A DNA stretch of 64,000 bases from positions 33,302-97,301 of the forward strand of contig CAYTPW010000012.1 in NCBI GenBank assembly GCA_964439935.1, written 5' to 3'. This DNA comes from an uncultured bacterium. GTDB lineage: Bacteria > Fidelibacterota > Marinisomatia > Marinisomatales > TCS56. A program made the translations under genes and the position numbers. Of this stretch, positions 9,802 through 18,959 are shown one piece after another; position 1 is the stretch's first letter, and each line of letters begins with the position of its first letter. The notes under the pieces are model-generated. The model saw only the letters and a list, made by a program, of their open reading frames with translations. It was not told where the DNA came from and made no database searches.

Positions 9802-12216
9802 ATGATGGTCAGCAATTATCTAAAAACAGCCGTACGCAATCTCTGGAAAAACAAAGGACATTCCCTGATAAATCTATTGGGTTTATCAATCGGAATGGCC
9901 TGCTGTATCCTGATTGTAGCCTGGGTAACTAATGAACTAAGCTTCGATCGCTTTCACAGTAATGCCGATCGGATTTACCGCCTGTGTCTGGAAGCGGATT
10001 TGGGCACCCATATAAAGGCGCCCATAACTAATGGTCCCGTCGGACCCGCAATGGTAGAAAAGTATCCTGATGTTTTGAATGCCGTGCGTATCACCGGACC
10101 TGAAGATGTATCGGTCAAATACAAAGATCGTCAATTTTCAGAGGAGAACGTTACTTATGCTGACCAAGATTTCTTCCAGGTCTTTTCATTTCCCCTGCTC
10201 CAGGGTAATCCGACCACTGTTCTTGAAGCAGCAAATAGCGTCGTTATTGCCGAGTCTATGGTAGCTAAATATTTTATTGATATTGATCCAATCGGAGAAA
10301 TAATCACTCTCAGCGGAACCGATTATACCGTGACTGGGATTATGGCCGATTTTCCCCGGAATTCACAACTCCAGTTCAACATGCTCCGCTCGTTTGAAAC
10401 CGCGGCTAAATTGAGTCCCCAACGGGTGGAAGAGTGGATGTCATTCTCCATGGGTACTTACCTTCTGTTGGCCGAGAATGTAGATCAGGAAGCCCTGGAA
10501 GCAAAATTCCCGGAGCTGGTTGATGCCCATTTAGGTCCGATTATGCAGGCGATTGGTGGATCCATCAAATTTTGGCTCCAGCCAATTACTGATGTTCATC
10601 TCTATTCCAACATGGATATAGATGTGGATAACAACGGAAATATTATCTATGTCTATCTTTTCTCGGGAGTAGCCTTACTGGTACTTTTTATGGCCTGTTT
10701 CAATTTCATCAACCTCTCCACCGCTCTGGCAGCCCTGCGAGCCAAGGAAGTTGGTATTCGCAAAACTCTGGGGGCTGATCGCAAGCAGTTGATGATCCAG
10801 TTTCTCAGTGAATCTGTTTTATTAAGTCTGGTGGCAATCGTTCTAACTGTTTTGTTACTGGTAACTTTTTCCGGCAATATCCAGACTCTAAGTACCTATT
10901 CTTTGGATTTACCATATTTCAAGCTCTGGTGGCTGACTCCTGCACTACTCGGGTTTGCTGTATTTACTGGTTTATTAGCCGGAGCCTATCCCGCCTTTTA
11001 CCTTTCTGCCAATGAGCCCAATGAAATTCTTGGTAGTACCCTGAAGCGAGGTGCGGCAAATTCCCGGCTCAGACAGATTCTGGTGGTTTTCCAGTTTACA
11101 ATTACAATCATGTTATTAATTGGAACAACCACAATTGTTCGCCAGATCGACTATATCAATAATAAGCCCATGGGTTTTTCCAAGGATAATATCCTGTTTA
11201 TAAGCGATACCAATCAGCCCGGAGTTCCACCTATTGAGTTGATGCATGATGAATTCAGCCGAATTCCGGGTGTAAATCATACCACCGCCAGCTCCAGTCT
11301 TCCAGGTGTTGGGATTCAAAAAAGCGTTTTCCTGCCGGAAGGCTTTGCCATGGAGGAGTCGCAGACCATGGATTTCTTGAGTATTGATGACAATTATTTC
11401 GCCGCTCTGGATATTAAGTTGGCCAGCGGCCGTAACTTCTCTGCTGATCTGGCATCAGATTCAAGTTCAGCCTGTATAATAAATGCAACTGCCGCCCAGC
11501 GATTCGGCTGGGATGAGCCAATTGGCAAAAAATTCTATTTTAACCAAATGCCCACTGGACCGCATGATAGCGACGAAGAGCCTTATACTATGTCTGTGAT
11601 CGGCGTAGTTGAAGATTTTCACATGGCCAGTCTACATGACCGGATCGAGCCACTTTTCGTTCAGTATGATCCAAGTAATTGGAGAACATTAACGCTGAAA
11701 TTAAATTCAATAAATACCAGTCAGACCTTGCAGCGTTTGCAGGAAAAATGGCAGACACTGGTACCCGACCGACCTTTTGATTATATCTTCCTGGATGATC
11801 ATCTTGAGGAGAGATATCAAGAAGAGTACAAATTGCGCGGCCTGACCTCGGGATTCAGCTTGCTGGCAATTTTTATCGGTAGCCTCGGTTTGTTTGGCAT
11901 GTCTTCATTTACCGCTACCAATCGCACCAAAGAAATCGGTATTCGCAAAGTATTGGGTGCCTCAGTAGCAACTATTGTCAGATTGTTGTCACTGGAAACA
12001 ATTGCCCTCATTATAATTGCCAGTGTTGTAGCTTATCCAATTGCCTGGTACACCATGAACAAGTGGCTGGAAACCTTTGCTTTCAGGGTACCATTCAACT
12101 GGCTGGTTCCATTATTTATCACTGCTGGTACTCTGCTACTGGCAATTATCACCGTCAGCTATCAATCAATCAAAGCGGCTCTGGCCAACCCGGTAAAATC
12201 CCTGCGTTATGAATAA
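9802..12216 (+). CDS. FtsX/MacB-type ABC permease, ~800-aa duplicated form (paralog 1)
   Basis: 804 aa. N-terminus NYLKTAVRNLWKNKGHSLINLLGLSIG. Two large extracytoplasmic domains, each followed by an FtsX-type helix bundle. KEIGIRKVLGAS motif. C-terminus ALANPVKSLRYE. Confidence 0.85.
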   Translation: MMVSNYLKTAVRNLWKNKGHSLINLLGLSIGMACCILIVAWVTNELSFDRFHSNADRIYRLCLEADLGTHIKAPITNGPVGPAMVEKYPDVLNAVRITGPEDVSVKYKDRQFSEENVTYADQDFFQVFSFPLLQGNPTTVLEAANSVVIAESMVAKYFIDIDPIGEIITLSGTDYTVTGIMADFPRNSQLQFNMLRSFETAAKLSPQRVEEWMSFSMGTYLLLAENVDQEALEAKFPELVDAHLGPIMQAIGGSIKFWLQPITDVHLYSNMDIDVDNNGNIIYVYLFSGVALLVLFMACFNFINLSTALAALRAKEVGIRKTLGADRKQLMIQFLSESVLLSLVAIVLTVLLLVTFSGNIQTLSTYSLDLPYFKLWWLTPALLGFAVFTGLLAGAYPAFYLSANEPNEILGSTLKRGAANSRLRQILVVFQFTITIMLLIGTTTIVRQIDYINNKPMGFSKDNILFISDTNQPGVPPIELMHDEFSRIPGVNHTTASSSLPGVGIQKSVFLPEGFAMEESQTMDFLSIDDNYFAALDIKLASGRNFSADLASDSSSACIINATAAQRFGWDEPIGKKFYFNQMPTGPHDSDEEPYTMSVIGVVEDFHMASLHDRIEPLFVQYDPSNWRTLTLKLNSINTSQTLQRLQEKWQTLVPDRPFDYIFLDDHLEERYQEEYKLRGLTSGFSLLAIFIGSLGLFGMSSFTATNRTKEIGIRKVLGASVATIVRLLSLETIALIIIASVVAYPIAWYTMNKWLETFAFRVPFNWLVPLFITAGTLLLAIITVSYQSIKAALANPVKSLRYE

Positions 12217-12230
12217 ATCAGAGTAATAAA

Positions 12231-14657
12231 ATGCTAAAAAATTACCTTACCACTGCTTTTCGAAATCTAGTAAAACATAAATCCTATTCGCTATTAAATA
12301 TAGCTGGGCTGGCGATCGGCGTTATGGCATTCATTATGATAATGCTTTATGTGCGTGATGAACTCAGTTATGATTGCTTCTTCCCCAGGGCGGATCAAAT
12401 CTATCGCGTAGCCACTCGAGGTGTAATGCAGGGCAGTGAATTTAACATGGCTGTCTCCCCGGCCCCGGTCGGAGCAGCATTTGTGAATGAAATTCCAGGT
12501 GTACTCAATTCCACCAGGGTGCGGAATTTTGGATTTCCCGTGATTCGCTATGGTGACAAAGTTTTCAGTGAAGAACTGTGGTTTACAGCCGATTCATCGT
12601 TCTTTGATGTTTTCGGTATTGAACTGATCAAAGGTAATAAAAAAACTGCTCTGACGGAACCCAATACTGTTGTTATCACCACCAGCACTGCTGAGCGCTA
12701 TTTTGGGTCTGATGATCCGATCGGAAAAATATTCACTTCCGATCAGCAGCGTGATTATGTAGTCACCGGTCTCGTGGAAGATCCACCCCATAACACCCAT
12801 TTTCATTATGATTTCCTGGCTTCGCTCATGTCATATCCCGGACAGGCAAATAATCCGATCTGGGTAAGTAATAATTTCTATACCTACCTGGTACTGGAAC
12901 CCAACACCTCACCACAACAGGTAGAGGATGAATTCCCGGGAATGGTAAAGAAATATGCCGGACCTCAGATAGAACAGTTCATGGGTGTTTCCTGGGATCA
13001 ACTGATTGAACAGGGTGCCCAGTATGGATTTTATCTGCAACCACTGATCGATATCCATCTGACTTCCAACCTTGAATATGAAGTTGAACCAAATGGCAAT
13101 CAAACCTATGTAATGATATTTTCGGTAATTGCCTTATTTATTCTGATCCTGGCCTGTATCAATTTCATGAATCTGGCAACGGCCCGTTCGGCTAAACGCG
13201 CTCGTGAAGTAGGCGTACGTAAAACGCTTGGATCAACCCGCAGCCAGTTGATTCAGCAATTTCTCACCGAGGCAATTCTGTTAACTCTGATTTCTTTCTT
13301 GCTAGCTCTGATCCTGGTTCAATTATTACTGCCGGCCTATAGTGACCTGGTGGGAATCCGTCTGTCGCTGAATCTGTTCAACAATGCCTTGATATTGCCA
13401 GTACTTATTATCATGATAGTTCTGGTGGGAACTGCTTCCGGCGCCTATCCGGCTTTTTTCCTGGCCTCGTTTAATCCGGTCAAGGTTTTAAAAGGGTCTG
13501 CCCAGGCAAAAAGCCGTAATTCCTGGCTGCGCAGCGGATTGGTAATATTTCAATTTGTTATCTCTATTACGCTCTTTACCGGGACAATGGTTGTTTATAA
13601 CCAATTGAGTTATATTCAAAACAAGGAACTGGGGTACGATAAATCCAACATTGTGATAGTGGAAAAAACAGACGATATTGGCCGTCACATCAACGCTTTC
13701 AAGGAAGATTTACTCCAGGATCCACGCATTATGTCCGTCTCCAATTCCACCAGTCTTATCGGACATAATACCAACAATAATTTACACCAGATTCAGGGCG
13801 AACCTGCTGAAAACGGGATGTTGTTTTCATCCTTTTTTACTGATGATAATTACGCCGAAGCTTACTCAATTAAAATGGCCGCGGGACGATTTTTCTCAGA
13901 GGACCGGCCCACTGATTCTTTGCATGTTGTGATTAATGAGACGGCCGCAGAAAACATGAATATTGGTGATCCGATTGGTCGTTCCCTTCTGCGTCCGGCC
14001 GGACCCAACGGCGAAATGCTTGCATTTGAAATTATCGGGATAATGAAAGATTTCCATTTTGAATCACTGCAGTCCCAGATCAGGTCCATGGCAGTTTATC
14101 GTTTTGGCCGCAATGGCTTTGGCCGGTACACGGCAGTTCGCATCCCCGAAGCAGATATTGTGGGAACATTGGATTACATTGAAGAAGTATGGAAAAAATA
14201 TGCCGTGGATCAGACTTTCGAATATACATTTTTGGATGATGATTTCAATCAGCTCTACATTGCTGAAGAGCGGACAAAAAATATCGCTACCATCTTTTCC
14301 ATCTTGGCGATTCTAATAGCCTGCTTGGGTTTGTTTGGTCTCGCTTCCTTTATTGCTGAACAGCGAACCAAGGAGATTGGTATCCGCAAGGTTCTGGGCG
14401 CTTCAGTTGCTAATATCTATCTCCTGCTTTCAACCGATATTTTGAAATTAATACTGATTGCAACGATCCTGTCCTGGCCACTTTCTTTTATGACTATGCG
14501 GCGCTGGCTGGAAAATTTCGCCTATCGTATTGAATTCAGCCACCTGACATTCCTGATGGCGGGACTTTTGGCTTTAATGATCGCATTGGCAACGGTTGCT
14601 ACCCCGGCCATCAAAGCAGCCCTCTCAAATCCAGTGGATGCTCTGAAATATGAATAA
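12231..14657 (+). CDS. FtsX/MacB-type ABC permease (paralog 2)
   Basis: 808 aa. Same architecture and conserved N- and C-terminal blocks (NYLTTAFRNLVKHKSYS..., KEIGIRKVLGAS, ALSNPVDALKYE). Confidence 0.85.
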   Translation: MLKNYLTTAFRNLVKHKSYSLLNIAGLAIGVMAFIMIMLYVRDELSYDCFFPRADQIYRVATRGVMQGSEFNMAVSPAPVGAAFVNEIPGVLNSTRVRNFGFPVIRYGDKVFSEELWFTADSSFFDVFGIELIKGNKKTALTEPNTVVITTSTAERYFGSDDPIGKIFTSDQQRDYVVTGLVEDPPHNTHFHYDFLASLMSYPGQANNPIWVSNNFYTYLVLEPNTSPQQVEDEFPGMVKKYAGPQIEQFMGVSWDQLIEQGAQYGFYLQPLIDIHLTSNLEYEVEPNGNQTYVMIFSVIALFILILACINFMNLATARSAKRAREVGVRKTLGSTRSQLIQQFLTEAILLTLISFLLALILVQLLLPAYSDLVGIRLSLNLFNNALILPVLIIMIVLVGTASGAYPAFFLASFNPVKVLKGSAQAKSRNSWLRSGLVIFQFVISITLFTGTMVVYNQLSYIQNKELGYDKSNIVIVEKTDDIGRHINAFKEDLLQDPRIMSVSNSTSLIGHNTNNNLHQIQGEPAENGMLFSSFFTDDNYAEAYSIKMAAGRFFSEDRPTDSLHVVINETAAENMNIGDPIGRSLLRPAGPNGEMLAFEIIGIMKDFHFESLQSQIRSMAVYRFGRNGFGRYTAVRIPEADIVGTLDYIEEVWKKYAVDQTFEYTFLDDDFNQLYIAEERTKNIATIFSILAILIACLGLFGLASFIAEQRTKEIGIRKVLGASVANIYLLLSTDILKLILIATILSWPLSFMTMRRWLENFAYRIEFSHLTFLMAGLLALMIALATVATPAIKAALSNPVDALKYE

Positions 14658-14676
14658 TTAAATCCAGGGAGAAGGC

Positions 14677-17046
14677 ATGCTGACGAATTACCTTAAACTA
14701 ACGTTTCGGAATATCTGGCGTCATAAAGGTTATTCGTTTATCAACATCTTCGGTTTGGCAATCGGTCTGACTGCCTGTCTACTGATCCTGCTCTGGGTAC
14801 AAGATGAACTGAGCTATGACCGCTTCCACTCTAATGCCGATTATCTGTACCGGGTGGAGCAGGACCAGGTTTATGGTGGCCGCAAGTACCATGTTAATGT
14901 TACTCCCTGGCCCTGTGGACCAGCCTGGGAATCTGAAATCCCCGAAATTGTTGCTGCAACACGTTACGGGTGGTGCGGCGGGCGACCCTTCAATTATAAA
15001 GCAAAAACATTTGTTGAGGGAGATGTACAGGCGATCGATCCCGCATTTTTCACTATCTTTGATTTCCCTTTGAAATATGGCGATCCAGGTACGGTTTTAA
15101 ATGATCCTTATTCTCTTATTCTCAATCTGGAAACGGCAGAAAAATACTTCGGTACTGAAAATCCAATTGGTCAAGTAATAACAGTTGATAATCAGCATCA
15201 GCTCACCGTGACTGGTGTGCTGGAGAAAACACCGCATAACAGTATCATCCAACCAGTCATACTGATTACCATGGATTTCGCCCGGACACTGGGCCGATAC
15301 AGCGATACATGGGGCAACAATTCCATCCGCACGTATATCCAGTTAGACCCGCAGGCTGATCCAGTCGCCGTTAACGGCAAGCTGACCGAGGTTGTCAACA
15401 ATCATCGGGACGAAGAATCACCTACGCAATTTATGGCAGCACCTCTGACCGGCGTTCACCTCCATGCCTACTTCGGTTTCAGCGATAGTGGCCAGGCAAT
15501 TGTATATGTCTATGTTTTTTCAATTATTGCAGCCTTTGTGCTCTTGATTGCCTGCATCAATTTTATGAATTTGGCAACTGCTCGCTCGGCCGGTCGCGCC
15601 CGGGAAATCGGGATCCGGAAAGTGGTCGGTGCTCAGCGAACACAGCTGATTTATCAATTCATGGGTGAATCGGTTATCCTGGCAGTTCTATCTGCTCTGA
15701 TCGCCCTGGTATTCGTATATCTGCTGTTACCCGTATTCAATGAAATTGCCAGTAAGGATATTCCCGGCAGTGCTTTAATGGGTAAGAATTTTATCCTCGG
15801 TTTGTTGTTGATCACAGTAATTACCGGTCTGGTGGCCGGCAGTTATCCTGCTGTTTTCCTGTCAGCCTTCCAGCCGGTAAAAGTACTTAAAGGTAACCTG
15901 TCTACTGGCCGCAGCCAGACATTACGAAAAATCCTGGTGATTTTTCAGTTTTCCCTGTCAATTATTCTTACCGTCAGCACAATTATCATTTATCAGCAAC
16001 TAAATTACATGCGTTCAAAGGATCTGGGATTTGACTATGAGCAAGTATTATCAATAGGTATCCGCGGTGATATTGGGAAAAGTTATCCTGCCCTCCGATC
16101 GGAAATAGCTCAGTTACCCCAAGTATTGGGCGTTACTGCCTCTTCTGACCGACCGACCAGTATCGGCAGCAATTCCGGCGGGGCTGAGTGGGATGGTAAG
16201 GATCCTGATCTGAGTCTGATTGTGGGTATGAGTTCAGTGGATTTTGATTATATTGAAACGATGGATATGAAAATGTTGGCCGGTCGTGCTTTTTCAAGGG
16301 ATTTTCCATCGGATCAAGCTGATACTAACAGCATGGCTTTCATCATTAACGAAACATTCGCAAAAATAATTGATAAGGAATCAATAGTCGGTGAAAATCT
16401 GCGCTTTGCCGGCTCACAGGGACCAATAATCGGTGTTGTACAGGATTTCCATTTCCGTTCCGTGCATAGAGTCATCGATCCATTGGCAATATTTATTGCA
16501 CCGGATTGGTTTGGCGTTATGCTGATTCGTCTGGCGCCGGGGGATGTTACTGCTTCCCTGGCAACAGTGGAAGAAGCCTGGCAGCGAGTCCTCCCTGGCT
16601 ATCCAATGGATTACCGTTTCCTGGATGAGGATTTTGAATGGATGTACCGGGCTGAGGCAGGCTTGAGTCAACTGGTCAAATATTTTTCAATTTTAGCTAT
16701 TATCATCGCCTGCCTGGGACTGTTCGGACTGGCTTCCTTCACCGCCGAGCAACGAACCAAGGAAATTGGCATTCGCAAGGTGCTGGGAGCCTCGGCCACC
16801 AACCTGATGGTGCTGCTGGCCAACCAGTTTACTAAATGGGTACTGATCGCAAATATTATCGCGTTCCCGACAGCCTATTTGATTTTGAGCAGATATCTGG
16901 AGGATTACGCCTACCGGATTTATCTGGGTCTGGGACCATTCCTGCTGGCTGGTGTTTTGGCACTGATCATTGCCCTGCTGACGGTCAGTTTTCAAGCTGT
17001 TAAAGCCGCTTTGGCCAACCCGGTTGATGCACTGAAATACGAGTAG
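14677..17046 (+). CDS. FtsX/MacB-type ABC permease (paralog 3)
   Basis: 789 aa. Same architecture (NYLKLTFRNIWRHKGYS..., KEIGIRKVLGAS, ALANPVDALKYE). Confidence 0.85.
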   Translation: MLTNYLKLTFRNIWRHKGYSFINIFGLAIGLTACLLILLWVQDELSYDRFHSNADYLYRVEQDQVYGGRKYHVNVTPWPCGPAWESEIPEIVAATRYGWCGGRPFNYKAKTFVEGDVQAIDPAFFTIFDFPLKYGDPGTVLNDPYSLILNLETAEKYFGTENPIGQVITVDNQHQLTVTGVLEKTPHNSIIQPVILITMDFARTLGRYSDTWGNNSIRTYIQLDPQADPVAVNGKLTEVVNNHRDEESPTQFMAAPLTGVHLHAYFGFSDSGQAIVYVYVFSIIAAFVLLIACINFMNLATARSAGRAREIGIRKVVGAQRTQLIYQFMGESVILAVLSALIALVFVYLLLPVFNEIASKDIPGSALMGKNFILGLLLITVITGLVAGSYPAVFLSAFQPVKVLKGNLSTGRSQTLRKILVIFQFSLSIILTVSTIIIYQQLNYMRSKDLGFDYEQVLSIGIRGDIGKSYPALRSEIAQLPQVLGVTASSDRPTSIGSNSGGAEWDGKDPDLSLIVGMSSVDFDYIETMDMKMLAGRAFSRDFPSDQADTNSMAFIINETFAKIIDKESIVGENLRFAGSQGPIIGVVQDFHFRSVHRVIDPLAIFIAPDWFGVMLIRLAPGDVTASLATVEEAWQRVLPGYPMDYRFLDEDFEWMYRAEAGLSQLVKYFSILAIIIACLGLFGLASFTAEQRTKEIGIRKVLGASATNLMVLLANQFTKWVLIANIIAFPTAYLILSRYLEDYAYRIYLGLGPFLLAGVLALIIALLTVSFQAVKAALANPVDALKYE

Positions 17047-17079
17047 CTTTTTCAATAATTAACCATTAAGAGGATTAAA

Positions 17080-17343
17080 ATGAGAGAAATCGTCCTGCAG
17101 ATTCCAACCCTGGACGCCGAACAGAACATTGATATCGATGTGAAAATCAATGGCCGCAAACGTTCCATGAAATACCGGGTGGAAATCGTGGATTTTGATG
17201 AAGCCGAACCGGATACCACTGACAAAGTGGCCGTGTTAAAGAAAGTCATCAAAGAGCATGACAAAAACTGGGAATTGATCCAGATCGGCGCTCCCCTGAC
17301 CAACAATATACCAATCATGTTTCGCAAGCGCGGCGATAAATAA
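17080..17343 (+). CDS. hypothetical 87-aa protein, last gene of the efflux operon
   Basis: Good RBS (AAGAGGA) 7 nt upstream of the ATG. Co-directional, 33 nt after permease 3. Charged, soluble-looking sequence. I recognise no family. Confidence 0.55.
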   Translation: MREIVLQIPTLDAEQNIDIDVKINGRKRSMKYRVEIVDFDEAEPDTTDKVAVLKKVIKEHDKNWELIQIGAPLTNNIPIMFRKRGDK

Positions 17344-17367
17344 TTTGCGCTAATACTGTCTTCAAAT

Positions 17368-17655
17368 AAACCATTGAAATGGTTTGGGGATTTTTCCCAA
17401 TCCATGACCAATGGTTGAAACTATGGGCTAAGCAATACCAATTATCTGTAGCCTGATTTATACTAGTTTCTGATATTAGACGAATACCGATGCATTTACC
17501 CAGCCCACAACTTCAGTTGTGGGTAACCAGAGATTAATTTATTTCCAACCGTTTCAACGGTTTTCCCTCTTTGTCATTTCGAACGCAGTGAGAAATCTAC
17601 TCTAGGCCTACTCCAGATGAAGTAGATTCCTCAGTCGTGCCTCCTTCGGAATGAC
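17368..17655 (+). repeat. multi-hairpin intergenic repeat, copy A
   Basis: Ordered modules: aaaccattgaaatggttt; ttgaaactatgggct..ataccaa; cagcccacaacttcagttgtggg; caaccgtttcaacggttttccct; gtcatttcgaa...gagaaatctac...gtagattcctcagtcgtgcctccttcggaatgac. The same modules, order and spacing recur at 23728..24031. Confidence 0.85.
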
Positions 17656-17795
17656 AATTTTTTTAACACCAAGACACAGTGAACACGGATTACACAAAGG
17701 TAAAATAAATATTCCGTGAAACTTGGTGTCCTTGGTGCCTCCGTGTTTAACAACAAACATTATTGATTGATTTTTACCGGCAGCGAGTGTAATAT

Positions 17796-17813
17796 ACTTA
17801 CGGGTAACTTACG
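17796..17813 (+). promoter_or_regulatory. candidate LexA operator: direct repeat ACTTACG-N4-ACTTACG just upstream of lexA
   Basis: atACTTACGggtaACTTACGag lies 8 nt before ATG 17821. It contains TTACGGG, which recurs twice (inverted) upstream of dnaE2. Purely sequence-based. Confidence 0.25.
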
Positions 17814-17820
17814 AGTTTTT

Positions 17821-18426
17821 ATGACACAGCCATTATCCATCAAACAGCAAAATTTTCTGGATTTTGTCCGGCGCTACACGCTGGAGAACAATGAGCCGCC
17901 CACGTACGAAGAAATTCGCGCTGACCTGGGATTAACCTCCTTGGGCACAGTGAATTGGTACGTCACCACCCTCGTCCGGGCCGGCTTCCTGCTGCGGGCC
18001 CGGGGTCCCAACGGGAAGCGGGCCCTGCAACTGACTGGCGAATCGGCTACGCCGGCACGCCTGCCCTTACTGGGGCGCATCGCCGCCGGTACTCCCATCG
18101 CTGCCGTGGAAAACCCGGAAAATATGGATGTCCCGGCCCATCTGGCCCACCCAGAGAATTACGTGTTGCAGGTCCGGGGTGATTCCATGATTGATGATAA
18201 CATCCAAGATGGTGATTTCGTGGTAATTCGCAAAACCGTCGACGCCCAAACCGGCCATACCGTGGTGGCCCTGATCAACGGCGACGCCACCCTGAAGCGC
18301 TACCATCCCCATCCCACCGGCATTGAGCTGCACCCCCGCAACCCGGCTTATCCGGTTATCAGAATTGATCCGACTGATGATTTCCGCATCAACGGCGTGG
18401 TGTTGTATGTGTTCAGAGAATACTAG
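17821..18426 (+). CDS. lexA: LexA repressor (S24 peptidase)
   Basis: wHTH N-terminus, Ala-Gly cleavage site (GRIAAGTPI), catalytic Ser (VRGDSM) and Lys (ATLKRY). I prefer ATG 17821 (MTQPLSIKQQNFLDF) over the track's TTG at 17767. Confidence 0.9.
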   Translation: MTQPLSIKQQNFLDFVRRYTLENNEPPTYEEIRADLGLTSLGTVNWYVTTLVRAGFLLRARGPNGKRALQLTGESATPARLPLLGRIAAGTPIAAVENPENMDVPAHLAHPENYVLQVRGDSMIDDNIQDGDFVVIRKTVDAQTGHTVVALINGDATLKRYHPHPTGIELHPRNPAYPVIRIDPTDDFRINGVVLYVFREY

Positions 18427-18479
18427 CGGGTTCATTATGTGAAGGTGGACACACAATGCAAAGTGCCGCTTAGTTAGAG

Positions 18480-18514
18480 TCATTAGTCATTAGTCAATGG
18501 TCAATGGTCAATGG
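18480..18514. repeat. tandem heptanucleotide array (TCATTAG x2, TCAATGG x3)
   Basis: Read directly: tcattagtcattagtcaatggtcaatggtcaatgg. It is the inverted partner of the array at 18932..18959. Confidence 0.9.
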
Positions 18515-18576
18515 GGTGGTGAATGTTTGGAGAATTTCATCACGGTTATTTATTCTGTTTAACAGAGGATTAATCT

Positions 18577-18942
18577 ATGCAGCTGGAAGAATTAAATGTT
18601 TATAAGTCCGCCATGGATATCGGACATCAGATTTGGATAATCGTAAGCCAATGGGAATACTTTGAAAAAAGCAGTCTCGGTAAACAATTGACCCGGGCTG
18701 CTGATTCTGTGGCAGCTAATCTCAGTGAAGGTTACGGTCGATATCATTTTAAGGAAAATCGCCAGTTTGCCTACTACAGCCGCGGATCGCTGTATGAAAC
18801 CAGAACCTGGCTTACCAAAGCAAATCAGCGTCAGTTAATTAGCAATGATGATTTTGATGGACTGAACAAGGAAATCACCCTCCTCACTAAAAGACTCAAC
18901 AGCTACATCAAAATCATCGGCTCTCCTCCTACTGACCACTGA
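18577..18942 (+). CDS. four-helix-bundle protein (23S rRNA intervening-sequence protein family, TIGR02436-like)
   Basis: 121 aa. LNVYKSAMDIGHQIW...LGKQLTRAADSVAANLSEGYGRYHFKENRQFAYYSRGSLYETRTWL matches the family consensus as I recall it. GC visibly lower than the neighbouring lexA and imuB. Confidence 0.85.
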   Translation: MQLEELNVYKSAMDIGHQIWIIVSQWEYFEKSSLGKQLTRAADSVAANLSEGYGRYHFKENRQFAYYSRGSLYETRTWLTKANQRQLISNDDFDGLNKEITLLTKRLNSYIKIIGSPPTDH

Positions 18943-18959
18943 CCACTGACCATTGAACC
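18932..18959. repeat. tandem heptanucleotide array (CTGACCA x3 plus a degenerate unit)
   Basis: ctgaccactgaccactgaccattgaacc. Its reverse complement (TGGTCAG)n is nearly identical to the (TGGTCAA)n phase of the left array. It encodes the last residues and stop of the 4HB gene and runs into the imuB start. Confidence 0.9.

Noticed and set aside
17052-17411. 119-aa minus-strand ORF overlapping the 87-aa plus-strand ORF
   Set aside because: No RBS. It runs into the repeat region and its composition is junk-like. The plus-strand ORF has a strong RBS and operon context.
18480-18959. Possibility that the heptad arrays or hairpin clusters are a CRISPR array
   Set aside because: The period is 7 nt with no spacers. 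The hairpin modules are non-identical and are not interspaced by unique sequences of constant length. No cas genes are present.
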